A stretch of 64,000 nt of DNA from an uncultured Bacteroidales bacterium (GCA_900316245.1 ONCE01000011.1:1827-65826), one strand, 5' to 3'. Positions 1-10,277 are shown, counted from the first letter of the stretch. Made by a program: numbers and translations. Notes: generated by a model not told the origin, from the letters alone.

Positions 1-1532
1 CTGTCCACCGTTTCCGTACCCTGGACCGCGAAGATCTTGGCAATGCGCTCTTCCACTTTCTTTTCGGCCTCTGCAAATTCAGGGGCGTTGGTGTCCGTCT
101 TGGGCTCGGAGAACTTATGGGAAAGATAATCGCCGATGGTGTAAGGCAGGATGAAATAGCCGTCTGCCAGACCCTGCATAAGGGCCGATGCACCCAGACG
201 GTTGCCGCCGTGGTCGGAGAAGTTGGCTTCACCGATGGCGAACAGGCCGGGAATGGTGGTCTGGAGGTCATAGTCTACCCAAAGGCCGCCCATGGTATAG
301 TGGATGGCCGGATAAATCATCATAGGCTCTTTCCAGGGAGATACGGAAGTAATCTTCTCGTACATCTGGAACAGGTTACCATAACGCTCTTCCACTCTCT
401 GGTGACCCAGACGCTTGATGGCGTCGGAGAAGTCAAGGAATACGGCCAGGCCGGTTTCGTTTACACCGAAGCCGGCGTCGCAACGCTCCTTGGCGGCACG
501 GGATGCCACGTCACGGGGAACGAGGTTACCGAAGGCCGGATAACGGCGCTCGAGATAGTAGTCTCTGTCTTCTTCGGCAATCTGGGAAGGCTTGATCTGA
601 TGAGTACGCAGTTTCATCACGTCCTCTTTCTTCTTGGGCACCCAGATACGGCCGTCGTTACGCAGGGACTCGGACATCAGCGTCAGTTTGCACTGCTGGT
701 CTCCGTGAACGGGAATACAGGTAGGGTGAATCTGGGCAAAGCAGGGGTTGGCGAAGAAAGCACCCTTGCGGTATGCCTGCATGGCAGCCGAACCGTTGGA
801 GTTCATGGCGTTGGTGGAGAGGAAATAGGTATTTCCGTAACCACCGGTGGCCAGAACCACGGCGTGGGCACCGAAGCGCTCGATTTCACCGGTAATGAGG
901 TTGCGGGCAATGATACCCTTGGCCTGACCGTTGATGATGACCAGGTCCAGCATCTCGTGACGAGGGTAACTCTTCACGGTGCCGGCGGCAATTTCTTTAT
1001 TCAGGGAAGCATAGGCACCCAGCAACAGCTGCTGACCGGTTTGACCGCGGGCATAGAAAGTACGGCTTACCTGCACACCGCCGAAGGAACGGTTGGCCAG
1101 GTATCCGCCGTATTCACGGGCAAAGGGAACACCCTGAGCTACGCACTGGTCAATGATAGCTGCACTGACCTCTGCCAGACGATATACGTTTGCCTCACGG
1201 CTGCGGTAGTCACCACCTTTGACGGTGTCAAAGAACAGGCGGGACACGGAGTCGTTGTCGTTCTGGTAGTTCTTGGCAGCATTGATACCACCCTGTGCAG
1301 CGATGGAGTGTGCACGGCGGGGGGAGTCGCTGATGCAGAAAATCTTGACGTTGTAACCCATCTCACCCAGAGATGCAGCTGCAGAAGCACCGCCAAGACC
1401 GGTACCCACCACAATGATTTCAAGTTTGCGCTTGTTGTTGGGGGAAACCACCCGGATGGAACTTTTACGCCTGGACCATTTTTCCTTAAGCGGTCCTTCC
1501 GGAATTTTGGAATCTAATTTAGGATCTGCCAT
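1..1532 (-). CDS. sdhA: Fumarate reductase/succinate dehydrogenase flavoprotein subunit (5' part; gene runs off the left edge)
   Basis: Not in the ORF track. Manual translation from ATG at 1532 gives [19 protein letters not shown]...[21 protein letters not shown]...[20 protein letters not shown]..., i.e. the FAD-binding GxGxxG and the covalent-FAD His motif (AHSIAAQGG) of Bacteroidetes FrdA/SdhA. Confidence 0.95.
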   Translation of the reverse strand, partial: MADPKLDSKIPEGPLKEKWSRRKSSIRVVSPNNKRKLEIIVVGTGLGGASAAASLGEMGYNVKIFCISDSPRRAHSIAAQGGINAAKNYQNDNDSVSRLFFDTVKGGDYRSREANVYRLAEVSAAIIDQCVAQGVPFAREYGGYLANRSFGGVQVSRTFYARGQTGQQLLLGAYASLNKEIAAGTVKSYPRHEMLDLVIINGQAKGIIARNLITGEIERFGAHAVVLATGGYGNTYFLSTNAMNSNGSAAMQAYRKGAFFANPCFAQIHPTCIPVHGDQQCKLTLMSESLRNDGRIWVPKKKEDVMKLRTHQIKPSQIAEEDRDYYLERRYPAFGNLVPRDVASRAAKERCDAGFGVNETGLAVFLDFSDAIKRLGHQRVEERYGNLFQMYEKITSVSPWKEPMMIYPAIHYTMGGLWVDYDLQTTIPGLFAIGEANFSDHGGNRLGASALMQGLADGYFILPYTIGDYLSHKFSEPKTDTNAPEFAEAEKKVEERIAKIFAVQGTETVD

Positions 1533-1566
1533 ATAGTTATTTGTTGGTATTTTTATTCCAGTCTTG

Positions 1567-1574
1567 CAAAGATA
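1567..1574 (-). promoter_or_regulatory. Bacteroidetes sigma-A -7 element (TATCTTTG) upstream of sdhA
   Basis: caaagata at 1567-1574 is TATCTTTG on the minus strand and matches TAnnTTTG; 34 nt from the ATG. Confidence 0.7.
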
Positions 1575-1603
1575 CGTATTTTTAGTGACTTTTTTAGGAC
1601 TTT

Positions 1604-2413
1604 TTATAACTTATAAGGTAAACAAGGCACTTTGTCCGGTTTTCCAAGGGATGCCCACATAGTATTTCCCTCAAAAGTAATGGCGCAGGAGGTGATATCC
1701 CGCAGGATGGGTTTACCCGAACAGGATATGTTCTTTACAAAGAAAGTATGGTCCCATTCTTCCATAGGAACATAGCTGGAAGCCAGAATCTTATGGGCCT
1801 TGATATACCTATCTACACCTTTTCTGTCTTCTATCCTGCCAGTCGTGGTAAAATTGGTTACCACCCGGTATCCCAACGGTTCCCGGTTCACGTCGAACTT
1901 GGTCCAGCTGGAATTGTTGACTTCATAATAAGCAGCACCGCCCTGATTGTCAATGACACCGAAATTGGCTTCCACATACAGAGGACGGCTGAGCGTATCC
2001 AAAAAATGCTCGAAATCTTCCAGCGTAGCGCAAATCTCCAAAGCCCTGTACATAAGGATACCTTCCCGGTCCATCATATCGGCCGGAATGTCGTCATCCT
2101 TCAAATCATAGGTAGCCGTATTCATAATGGCAAAACCGGTCTCATTCTCTCCGGCCCAGGCCTCGTGGGTTCCCAGAGGAACCTTTGCCAGGGGATTGGT
2201 TCTCCAGTCTGCATTGACCAGGCACATCATACGGTACTTTTCTCCCTGGAAATACTCCACGGCTACATCCTGACAGCTGGAATCCCGGTGCTTGAACATC
2301 ACCGCCTTTCCATCCTTGGTATATTTGCCGCTTACAATGACAGAAGTGCAGGCCAGGGAAGGAATGCACACAAACAAAAGCACTAAAAGGCTAAAATAAC
2401 GAACCGCTTTCAT
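1604..2413 (-). CDS. Secreted N-terminal nucleophile (Ntn) cysteine hydrolase, C45/C59/C69-like
   Basis: Signal peptide [21 protein letters not shown] followed by CTS, then [17 protein letters not shown] and ANFGVID segments typical of Ntn hydrolases. Confidence 0.7.
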   Translation of the reverse strand: MKAVRYFSLLVLLFVCIPSLACTSVIVSGKYTKDGKAVMFKHRDSSCQDVAVEYFQGEKYRMMCLVNADWRTNPLAKVPLGTHEAWAGENETGFAIMNTATYDLKDDDIPADMMDREGILMYRALEICATLEDFEHFLDTLSRPLYVEANFGVIDNQGGAAYYEVNNSSWTKFDVNREPLGYRVVTNFTTTGRIEDRKGVDRYIKAHKILASSYVPMEEWDHTFFVKNISCSGKPILRDITSCAITFEGNTMWASLGKPDKVPCLPYKL

Positions 2414-3431
2414 CTGGAGAATATTTACGTTGATTCAGATAACTTTCCATACCCAGATGGGAATAAGCCAGATCCGTGGCTACACGGCCTCTCTGGGTAC
2501 GGATAATGAAACCTTCCTTGATCAGGAAAGGTTCGTATACTTCTTCCAAGGTTCCCGCATCTTCGCTTACGGAAGTGGCCAGGGTACCGATACCCACGGG
2601 GCCTCCCTTGAAAGTGAGGATGAGCGTACGGAGAATCTTGTTGTCAATGGCATCCAGTCCGCGTTTGTCAATCTTGAGTTTATTGAGGGCAAAACGCGTG
2701 ATTTCCAAATTGATGCGTCCGTCTCCCAATACCTGGGCAAAATCCCGGACGCGCTTTAACAAAGCATTGGCGATACGGGCAGTACCGCGGCTTCTGAGGG
2801 CAATTTCATAAGCTGCATCCTCGTCAATTTCCAAAGCCAGGATGCGGGCGCTGCGGAGTACGATCTTCTTGAGGTCTTCCGTATCGTAATACTCCAGGGC
2901 GCAGTTGATGCCAAAACGGTCCCGCAGAGGAGCCGTAAGCAGACCGCTTCTGGTAGTGGCACCTACCAAAGTAAAAGGATTGAGCGAAATACGCACAGAC
3001 CTGGCCCCTGGACCCTTGTCAATCATAATGTCTATGACATAGTCTTCCATGGCCGAATAGAGGTATTCCTCCACTTCCGGAGAAAGGCGGTGGATTTCAT
3101 CTATGAAAAGGACATCTCCGGTTTCCAGGGAAGTGAGAAGACCGGCCAGGTCTCCGGGTTTATCCAGTACAGGACCGGAAGTAACCTTCATATTGACGCC
3201 CATTTCGTTGGCAATGATATGTGCAAGGGTGGTCTTACCCAGACCGGGGGGGCCGTGGAAAAGAACGTGGTCCAGGGCTTCTCCCCTCAGTTTGGCCGCC
3301 TTTATATAAATGCCCAGGTTGGACACAATTTCCTTCTGACCGGTAAAATCGTCCAGCCCCTGCGGGCGGATAATTCCGTCAAATTCATTATCTTTGCGCT
3401 CGATTGTGTCGTGAGGATCGAATTCGTTCAT
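2391..3431 (-). CDS. ruvB: Holliday junction branch migration helicase RuvB
   Basis: [12 protein letters not shown], Walker [35 protein letters not shown] and [18 protein letters not shown] motifs. Confidence 0.98.
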   Translation of the reverse strand: MNEFDPHDTIERKDNEFDGIIRPQGLDDFTGQKEIVSNLGIYIKAAKLRGEALDHVLFHGPPGLGKTTLAHIIANEMGVNMKVTSGPVLDKPGDLAGLLTSLETGDVLFIDEIHRLSPEVEEYLYSAMEDYVIDIMIDKGPGARSVRISLNPFTLVGATTRSGLLTAPLRDRFGINCALEYYDTEDLKKIVLRSARILALEIDEDAAYEIALRSRGTARIANALLKRVRDFAQVLGDGRINLEITRFALNKLKIDKRGLDAIDNKILRTLILTFKGGPVGIGTLATSVSEDAGTLEEVYEPFLIKEGFIIRTQRGRVATDLAYSHLGMESYLNQRKYSPDESGSLF

Positions 3432-3700
3432 AGGGCGGTTAGATTCAAATCAGATACAAATATAGTTTTTTTATTTTTAAGGAGTTTGTTTTTGATAGGT
3501 TTGTTGAAAAGTTGATAACTTTCTTCAAGTGATTGAAAACTAATTTTTTAAAAGTAAAAGTGATTGTTGAAAAAAGCAGGATGACCTGTTGAGGAAATGT
3601 GAATGGCTTGAACACCCATTTTCTTTAACTCCTGAAAATGAGTTATCAACAGGGTTATCAACAGCTTTTCAACAGGGAAAATGAAGGGAATGTTGATAAG
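3432..3700. other. Candidate replication origin (oriC) / DnaA-box cluster
   Basis: AT-rich divergent intergenic region with six exact TTWTCAACA 9-mers (3502-, 3565-, 3643+, 3655+, 3666+, 3691-) plus degenerate copies; each is one mismatch from the DnaA box TTWTNCACA. Confidence 0.6.
3457..3464 (-). promoter_or_regulatory. -7 promoter element (TATATTTG) for ruvB
   Basis: caaatata at 3457-3464, 25 nt upstream of the ruvB ATG. Confidence 0.65.
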
Positions 3701-6700
3701 TGAAAAATCTTCCTCCCTGCTGCAAAAACAACTTCAAAATGCGTCTGAAGTATTTTGCAGTGGGCTCTTCTTGTCTGCCCGCTGGGCGGTGGTATCCCAG
3801 ACCGCTCCTGAAAAGACCAACCTGATCGTACTCCCCACCCGCGAGTCGGCCGAGTATTGCAGTGCAGACCTCTATAATCTTATAGAGGGAGACTGTGTCT
3901 TCTTCCTTCCCGAGTCGGGTAAGACGGTGGAAAGAAGCAACTACAAATCCTCGCTGGGCGTCCAACGCACCGCCGCCATAGGAAAGATACTCCAGGGGGC
4001 CGATGAAAAACTGTTCATCGTAACCTACCCGGAAGCCCTGGAAGAGAAAGTTCCTTCCCAGAAGAAGTTGGAAGGAGCCCTTTTCACCATATCGGCCGGA
4101 GAAAACCTGGCCTATGAAGCCCTCCGGACCCGCCTGCAGGAAGAAGGCTTCGAAAAAGTGGATTTTGTATCGGCCCCCGGCCAGTTTGCCGTGCGCGGTG
4201 CCGTCATAGACATCTTTTCCTATTCCCTTGAGAAACCCTATCGCATCACCTTCTTCGGAAACGAGGTAGACAAGATCAATACCTTCGACTGCAATACCCA
4301 GCTGTCCATAGACAAATTGGACAGGGCCGATATATACCCGGACATAGCAGCCAAGGAAGCCGAAGAAGAAGGAGTCTCGCTCCTTACCTTGTTAAAGGCC
4401 GATACCACCGTCTGGCTGGATTCTTCGGATATGTATAAGGAAAGGGACTTCTATAAGGATTTATCGGCCTTCCAGAGGGTCTATCTGGATATCCCGCTGA
4501 GCCGGCAGGATGTAGAAAGCATTCCCTTTCACATTGCTCCCCAGCCGGTCTTCAACAAGAACTTCGAACTCCTGATTTCCGACATCCGCTCCCGGATAGA
4601 GAGCAATTACAAGGTCTATATCTTCGGAGAAAAGGAAAGCCAGCTGGAGCGCCTCCGTTCCATTATGCTGCAGGACGAGCACGCCGTGCTTCCGGAGTTT
4701 GTAAAGGACAAGAATATCCACGCCGGTTTCATAGACAACGACAACAAAGTCTGCTGGTATACGGACCACGAGATCTTTGACCGTTTCCACCGGGTGCGCC
4801 TCCGCAGGACCGTGGACAAGTCCGAACAGCTTACCCTCAATGATCTGAGTTCCTTCAACCTGGGAGACTATGTGGTGCATATAGACCACGGCGTAGGTGT
4901 GTTTGGAGGACTGGTCAAGATGAAGGACGACCACGGCCGGATGAAGGAAGTGGTCAAACTCATCTACAGCGGGGGAGACGTGGTGTTTGTTTCGGTCCAT
5001 TCCCTGCACAAGATTTCCCGTTTCCGCTCCAAGGAAGGGGAGGCTCCGCGCATCAACAAACTGGGTTCCAAGACCTGGAGCAACCTCAAGAGTGCCGCTA
5101 AGGCCCGAGTCAAGGACATAGCCAAGGAACTCATCCAGCTGTATGCCCGCCGCCGGGCTTCGCAGGGCTTTGCCTTTTCGGCCGATACTTACCTTCAGGA
5201 AGAGTTGGAATCTTCCTTTATGTATGAGGATACCCCGGATCAGGAAAGGGCTACCAAAGCCGTCAAGGAGGATATGGAGGATACGTGCCCGATGGACCGC
5301 CTGGTTTGCGGTGATGTGGGTTTCGGCAAGACGGAAATTGCCATTAGAGCAGCTTTCAAGGCCGTCTGCGATTCCAAGCAGGTGGCTGTATTGGTACCTA
5401 CAACCATCCTTTCCCTGCAGCATTACGAGACCTTCAAGGCCCGTCTGGCCAACCTGCCCTGCAATGTGGAATATGTGAGCCGCCTCAGGACCGCCAAGCA
5501 GATTTCAGACATCAAGAAGCGCCTCAAGGAAGGAAGTATAGATGTGCTCATCGGCACGCATAAAATCCTGGGAGACGGCTTCGAATTCAAGGATCTGGGA
5601 CTTCTGATCATAGACGAAGAGCAGAAATTCGGCGTGGCCGCCAAGGAAAAACTGCGCAAGTTCAAAAGTTCCGTAGATACCCTTACCCTTACGGCTACCC
5701 CCATTCCCCGTACCCTGCAGTTCTCCCTGCTGGGCGCCCGGGACCTGTCCATCATCCAGACTCCCCCGCCCAACCGCATTCCCATCCAGACGGAAATCAT
5801 CCTCTTCAACGAGTCCGAGATCAAGAGCATCATCAACTACGAACTCAACAGAGGCGGCCAGGTCTTCTTCCTGCATAACAAGGTAGAAGAACTTCCGGCC
5901 ATAGAAGATATCCTCCACCGGCTCATACCGGATATGAAAATCTGCGTGGCGCACGGCCAGATGGAAGCCAAGGAACTGGAAGACCGGATGCTGGCCTTTA
6001 TGAGAGGGGATTATGACCTCCTGCTCTGCACCACCATCATCGAGAACGGCCTGGATATCCCCAACGCCAATACCATCCTGGTCAACCAGGCCCAGAACGT
6101 GGGTCTGAGCGACCTCCATCAGCTCAGGGGCCGCGTGGGCCGCTCCAACAAGAAGGCTTTCTGTTACCTCATCGTTCCGCCGCTCATCAGCATTACCGAC
6201 GATGCCAGAAGGCGCCTCCGGGCCATCGAAGAGTTTTCCGACCTGGGCAGCGGTTTCAACATTGCCATGCAGGACCTGGACATCCGCGGCGCCGGCAATC
6301 TGCTGGGGGCCGAACAGAGCGGCTTCATCTCCGATATGGGCTACGAAACCTACCAGAAGATCCTGACGGAAGCGATGGAAGAACTGGGTATGGAAACCCA
6401 GGTGGTTCAGCGCACGGGCCACGAAAAGTTTGTGGACGACTGCACCATAGAAACCGACCAGCCTGCCCTCATTCCCGACGACTATATAGACATAACGGCC
6501 GAAAAGATCCGCCTGTACAAGCAGCTGGACGCCCTTACCGACGAGCGGGAGATAGACCGCCTGGCCAAGCAGGTGGAAGACCGCTTCGGCCCGCTTCCCC
6601 TGGAGGTGCAAAACCTTCTTTTTGTAGTGAAAATAAGGAATTTGGGCAGCGAGATGGGCTTTGAGAAGATCATCATCAAGAACGGAATGCAGATTATGTT

Positions 6701-6881
6701 CTTTGTGAACAATCCTATGTCTCCGTACTACAAGTCCAAGCGCTTCGAGACCATCCTCTCCCGCGTGAACGAGAATCCAACCCTTTTCAAGTTCAACCAG
6801 GACGGAGGCAAGCTGCGCACCGTTTCCCGCGGGGTGAATACCCTGTCATCGGCCCTTCATATTTTGAAAAAACTCCAATAA
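3681..6881 (+). CDS. mfd: Transcription-repair coupling factor Mfd
   Basis: UvrB-like N-terminus (GQFAVRGAVIDIF), CarD-like RID (GDYVVHIDHGVG), CGDVGFGKTE, DEEQKFG, TATPIPRT, QLRGRVGRS and a TRCF C-terminus. Start may be ATG 3690. Confidence 0.97.
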   Translation: MKGMLISEKSSSLLQKQLQNASEVFCSGLFLSARWAVVSQTAPEKTNLIVLPTRESAEYCSADLYNLIEGDCVFFLPESGKTVERSNYKSSLGVQRTAAIGKILQGADEKLFIVTYPEALEEKVPSQKKLEGALFTISAGENLAYEALRTRLQEEGFEKVDFVSAPGQFAVRGAVIDIFSYSLEKPYRITFFGNEVDKINTFDCNTQLSIDKLDRADIYPDIAAKEAEEEGVSLLTLLKADTTVWLDSSDMYKERDFYKDLSAFQRVYLDIPLSRQDVESIPFHIAPQPVFNKNFELLISDIRSRIESNYKVYIFGEKESQLERLRSIMLQDEHAVLPEFVKDKNIHAGFIDNDNKVCWYTDHEIFDRFHRVRLRRTVDKSEQLTLNDLSSFNLGDYVVHIDHGVGVFGGLVKMKDDHGRMKEVVKLIYSGGDVVFVSVHSLHKISRFRSKEGEAPRINKLGSKTWSNLKSAAKARVKDIAKELIQLYARRRASQGFAFSADTYLQEELESSFMYEDTPDQERATKAVKEDMEDTCPMDRLVCGDVGFGKTEIAIRAAFKAVCDSKQVAVLVPTTILSLQHYETFKARLANLPCNVEYVSRLRTAKQISDIKKRLKEGSIDVLIGTHKILGDGFEFKDLGLLIIDEEQKFGVAAKEKLRKFKSSVDTLTLTATPIPRTLQFSLLGARDLSIIQTPPPNRIPIQTEIILFNESEIKSIINYELNRGGQVFFLHNKVEELPAIEDILHRLIPDMKICVAHGQMEAKELEDRMLAFMRGDYDLLLCTTIIENGLDIPNANTILVNQAQNVGLSDLHQLRGRVGRSNKKAFCYLIVPPLISITDDARRRLRAIEEFSDLGSGFNIAMQDLDIRGAGNLLGAEQSGFISDMGYETYQKILTEAMEELGMETQVVQRTGHEKFVDDCTIETDQPALIPDDYIDITAEKIRLYKQLDALTDEREIDRLAKQVEDRFGPLPLEVQNLLFVVKIRNLGSEMGFEKIIIKNGMQIMFFVNNPMSPYYKSKRFETILSRVNENPTLFKFNQDGGKLRTVSRGVNTLSSALHILKKLQ

Positions 6882-6885
6882 TTGG

Positions 6886-6893
6886 TAAATTTG
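6886..6893 (+). promoter_or_regulatory. -7 promoter element (TAAATTTG) for the coaX operon
   Basis: Matches TAnnTTTG; 6 nt before ATG 6900. Confidence 0.6.
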
Positions 6894-6899
6894 CGGGCT

Positions 6900-7628
6900 A
6901 TGTCCAACCTGCTCATAGAAATAGGAAACACCGCCCTCAAGGCCGCTTGGGCCCAGGGAACCACCCTCGGAAAAACTTTCCGCTACCAGGGAGAGAAGTA
7001 TATTGATTTCATTCTCTCTCTCACCCAGCGCGAGAAGCCTTCCGTGATGGTGGTCTCTTCCGTCTATCCGCTTTCGGCCCAGGAGATCGAGCAGTTGGAA
7101 AAGGAGTGTGAGAAACTGTTGCTGCTGGACCCGGACCACCGGGAAAAACTCCTTTCCTACGGGCTTCCCGCGTACCTTTCCTATGACCGCGCTGCCGCCA
7201 TCGTGGCCGCCCGGCATCTGTTCCAGGGAAAGGGTTGCACCATCGTGGACTTCGGCACCACGCTTTCCATTGATTTTACCTCGGAAGAGGGGCTTTATAC
7301 CGGGGGTAATATTTCTCTCGGATTCCGCACCCGCTTCAAGGCGTTGAGCCGCTATTCCCGCTCCCTTCCCCTGGTGGACAGCCCGGAGAATCCGGAGACG
7401 GTGGGCCTTTCGGAGAAAGGTTCCATCGAGAGCGGAGTGGTTTCAGGCATCATATTTGAAATGGAGGGCTACCTGAACCTTCATCCGCAAAACGTGGTGG
7501 TATTCACCGGCGGCGACGCGAATTATTTTGCAAAACGGATGAAAAGTTCCATATTTGTAATTTGTAACCTCGTTTTGATGGGGTTGGCGTTAATGGCAGA
7601 AGAGTATGTTCGCAAGAATGAGAAATAG
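6900..7628 (+). CDS. coaX: Type III pantothenate kinase
   Basis: IEIGNTALK, DRAAA, VDFGTTLSID, GGNISLG and FTGGDA motifs. ATG 6900 is preferred over the ORF-track start 6882 because of the promoter position. Confidence 0.9.
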   Translation: MSNLLIEIGNTALKAAWAQGTTLGKTFRYQGEKYIDFILSLTQREKPSVMVVSSVYPLSAQEIEQLEKECEKLLLLDPDHREKLLSYGLPAYLSYDRAAAIVAARHLFQGKGCTIVDFGTTLSIDFTSEEGLYTGGNISLGFRTRFKALSRYSRSLPLVDSPENPETVGLSEKGSIESGVVSGIIFEMEGYLNLHPQNVVVFTGGDANYFAKRMKSSIFVICNLVLMGLALMAEEYVRKNEK

Positions 7629-8898
7629 TTTGATCGCACTGGTTTTGCTGGTGTTTACGGCCGGGTCCCTGGGGGCCCAGACAGACGGAACCCACGGTGG
7701 TTTTTCGCCTTATTCCGTCTTTGGTCTGGGGCAGATGCACCAGAGCGGTACCACTTGGAACCGCGGAATGGGAGGAGTAGGAATTGCCGCCCGCAACCAC
7801 CGGTTCATCAACATTCTCAATCCGGCGTCCATGACCGCCCGCGACTCCCTCTCCTTTATGGCCGATATGGGCCTGGGCGGCCGTATGTCGCTGTTCACGG
7901 AAGAGGGCAAGAAGGCTTTCAACACGGTGGCCAACATAGACGACATTGCCATTTCCTTCCCTATGTGGCGCCACACGGCCTTTATGGTGGGCCTTACCCC
8001 GCTGAGCGACGTAGGCTACAACATTTCCTACCGGGAAATGGATGTCTATTCGCAGGAGCGCACTTTCACTTCCGTCGGCAAGGGCGGCACCTATCAGATT
8101 TTTGCCGCTGCCGCCGCCACTTTCTGGAACCGCCTCTCCGTGGGTGCCCAGTTCAACTATCTCTTCGGTAACATAGCCAAGGTATCTGGCGTCACCAACG
8201 GAGACGAATCCTACCGTACAATGGTATCCGGAGACTCCCTGCAGGTAAACAGCGTTACCGCCAAGTTCGGTATCCAGTATGAGCAGCCCATCGGCGTGGG
8301 TTCCTATATCACGGTGGGTGCCACGTATAAGCTTTCTTCCCGCATCAACGGCCACAGCGTGCATTTCCGCGAACTCGGAAGCTACGACCGCAAAACCGAA
8401 ACCGCAGAACTGAACCAGAAGGGCCTCCGTATGGGAGACGAACTGGGAATAGGCGTCAGCTACCGCCAGGCAGACAATTTCCTGGCAGAAATCGACTACA
8501 CCCGCACCAACTGGACCAACAGCCGGCTGGATCAGGTAAAGGGCTTCTCCAATGTGGGAGACGTGGTCTTTGCCCCCTCGGTGGGCCAGGCCGTCCGGGC
8601 CGGTGTGGAGTTCACCCCCAACCGAAACGATATCCGTTACTTCCTCCGCCGCTGCACCTATCGCGCCGGCGCGTACTTTGAGCAGTCGTACTACACCGTA
8701 GACGGTGCCCACGTCAATTCCCTGGGTGTCACTTTGGGTATGACCCTGCCCGTTTTCCGCTGGTACAACGGTCTCAGCGTGGGTCTGGAGTTTGGCCGCC
8801 GCGGCCTCGCTACCTCCCAGGTCAAGGAGAATTATTTTGGTTTTAACCTGGGATTCAATATCTTTGACATCTGGTTCCAAAAGCGTGCTTATCAGTAG
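7606..8898 (+). CDS. Outer-membrane beta-barrel protein (FadL/PorV-like), conserved downstream of coaX in Bacteroidetes
   Basis: Signal peptide; SPYSVFGLG...RGMGGVGIA...NILNPAS N-terminus; alternating beta-strand pattern; aromatic C-terminus (DIWFQKRAYQ). Confidence 0.75.
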   Translation: MFARMRNSLIALVLLVFTAGSLGAQTDGTHGGFSPYSVFGLGQMHQSGTTWNRGMGGVGIAARNHRFINILNPASMTARDSLSFMADMGLGGRMSLFTEEGKKAFNTVANIDDIAISFPMWRHTAFMVGLTPLSDVGYNISYREMDVYSQERTFTSVGKGGTYQIFAAAAATFWNRLSVGAQFNYLFGNIAKVSGVTNGDESYRTMVSGDSLQVNSVTAKFGIQYEQPIGVGSYITVGATYKLSSRINGHSVHFRELGSYDRKTETAELNQKGLRMGDELGIGVSYRQADNFLAEIDYTRTNWTNSRLDQVKGFSNVGDVVFAPSVGQAVRAGVEFTPNRNDIRYFLRRCTYRAGAYFEQSYYTVDGAHVNSLGVTLGMTLPVFRWYNGLSVGLEFGRRGLATSQVKENYFGFNLGFNIFDIWFQKRAYQ

Positions 8899-8942
8899 TG
8901 TGGCACGCAGATTGCGAAAGACAAAATTTAAAAATTAAAGAT

Positions 8943-10277
8943 ATGAAAAAATTAGCTCTGATTTTCTTCGCCGCCCTGGCTGTTTTCTCCAGCCAGAATG
9001 CTTTTGCACAGGGTAATTCCCGTTTTGGTCACGGCAAAGACAGCGCGGACTGCGTACTTTACCTAAACTACTATCAGGAGTACTACAAGCAGAAGAACTA
9101 CGACTCTGCCCTGCCCAACTGGCGTAAGGCTTATGCCGTGTGCCCTGCTACGGCCTCCCAGAACATGTTCATTCACGGTACCACCCTTATGACCCGTCTG
9201 TACAACCAGACCAAGGATGCTGCCGCCCGCAGCGCCATCGTGGACACCATCCTGGCCCTCCAGGATCAGCGTATGGCCGCTTACCCCAAGAACAGAATTT
9301 CCATTCTGAACAACAAGGGTCAGCATATCATCAACTATCGCAGCAACGATGCCGCCTTCACTTACAAGAACCTGGGCGAGATCGTTGACGAACTGGGCCC
9401 CCAGGCCAACGGACCCCTGCAGGTAAACCTGCTCCAGTCCGCCATCGGCCTGTATCGTGAGAACAAGCTCAGCGCTGACGATGTGATCGCTACTTACGAC
9501 AAGGTTACCGCCAACGTCGAGGCCGCCCAGCCCAAGAACGACGCCGAGAAGGAAGACCAGGCCAAAGTAAAGGCCGCCATCGAGTCCATCTTCGCCGAGA
9601 GCAAGGTAGCTTCCTGCGAGAACCTCCTGGCCATCTTCGGCCCCCGTTACGAGGCAGACCCCAACAACCTGGCCCTGGTTTCCAACATCGTGAAGCTTAT
9701 GAACAGCGCCGACGACTGCGCCTCCAACGACCTCTATCTCAAGGCTGTTACTTCCATGTACAACCTGGATCCTTCCTATCGTAGCGCTTACGGCCTGTAC
9801 CGTCTGAACGCCGCCCGCGACAACGTGGCCGACGCCTGCCGTTACCTGGAAGAGGCCATCGCTTCCGACGAGTCCGACGAAGCCACCGATGCTCAGTACT
9901 ACTATGAACTGGCCGCCTTCGCTTACAAGAACAATATGCGCAGCAAGGCCAGTGAGTCTGCCAAGAAGGCCATCGATATGGACTACGGTTATGCCGGCAA
10001 GGCCTATATGATCCTGGGCAACCTCTGGGCTTCCGCCTCCTGCTCCGGTGATGTGGACAAGTACGCCCGCTACTGGGCTGCTACGGACTACTATCAGAAG
10101 GCCCGCAGTGCAGATCCTACCCTCGCAGAGGATGCTTCCGCCAGCATCTCTTCCGTGAGCCGCTACTATCCGGAAGCTTCCGAGATCTTCATGTACGACC
10201 TCAGCGCAGGTCAGTCCTACACCGTATCCTGCGGCGGTATGTCCGCCTTCACCACGGTGCGTGTCAGCGGCCGCTAG
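8943..10277 (+). CDS. Periplasmic TPR-repeat protein
   Basis: Signal peptide MKKLALIFFAALAVFSSQNAFA; helical TPR-like repeats (YDSALPNWRKAY, GKAYMILGNLW, YWAATDYYQKA). Confidence 0.75.
   Translation: MKKLALIFFAALAVFSSQNAFAQGNSRFGHGKDSADCVLYLNYYQEYYKQKNYDSALPNWRKAYAVCPATASQNMFIHGTTLMTRLYNQTKDAAARSAIVDTILALQDQRMAAYPKNRISILNNKGQHIINYRSNDAAFTYKNLGEIVDELGPQANGPLQVNLLQSAIGLYRENKLSADDVIATYDKVTANVEAAQPKNDAEKEDQAKVKAAIESIFAESKVASCENLLAIFGPRYEADPNNLALVSNIVKLMNSADDCASNDLYLKAVTSMYNLDPSYRSAYGLYRLNAARDNVADACRYLEEAIASDESDEATDAQYYYELAAFAYKNNMRSKASESAKKAIDMDYGYAGKAYMILGNLWASASCSGDVDKYARYWAATDYYQKARSADPTLAEDASASISSVSRYYPEASEIFMYDLSAGQSYTVSCGGMSAFTTVRVSGR

Noticed and set aside
117-1517. 466-aa plus-strand ORF
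   Set aside because: Antisense shadow of sdhA/frdA, which the track missed because it runs off the window edge; no recognisable motifs.
3643-3674. Short tandem repeats considered as a CRISPR remnant or plasmid iterons
   Set aside because: Units are 9 bp with 2-3 nt gaps, there are no spacers, cas or rep genes, and copies occur in both orientations; DnaA-box-like sites fit better.
1-3700. Low-GC segment considered as a horizontally acquired island
   Set aside because: It contains only core genes, has no integrase, tRNA or flanking repeats, and GC changes gradually within mfd.
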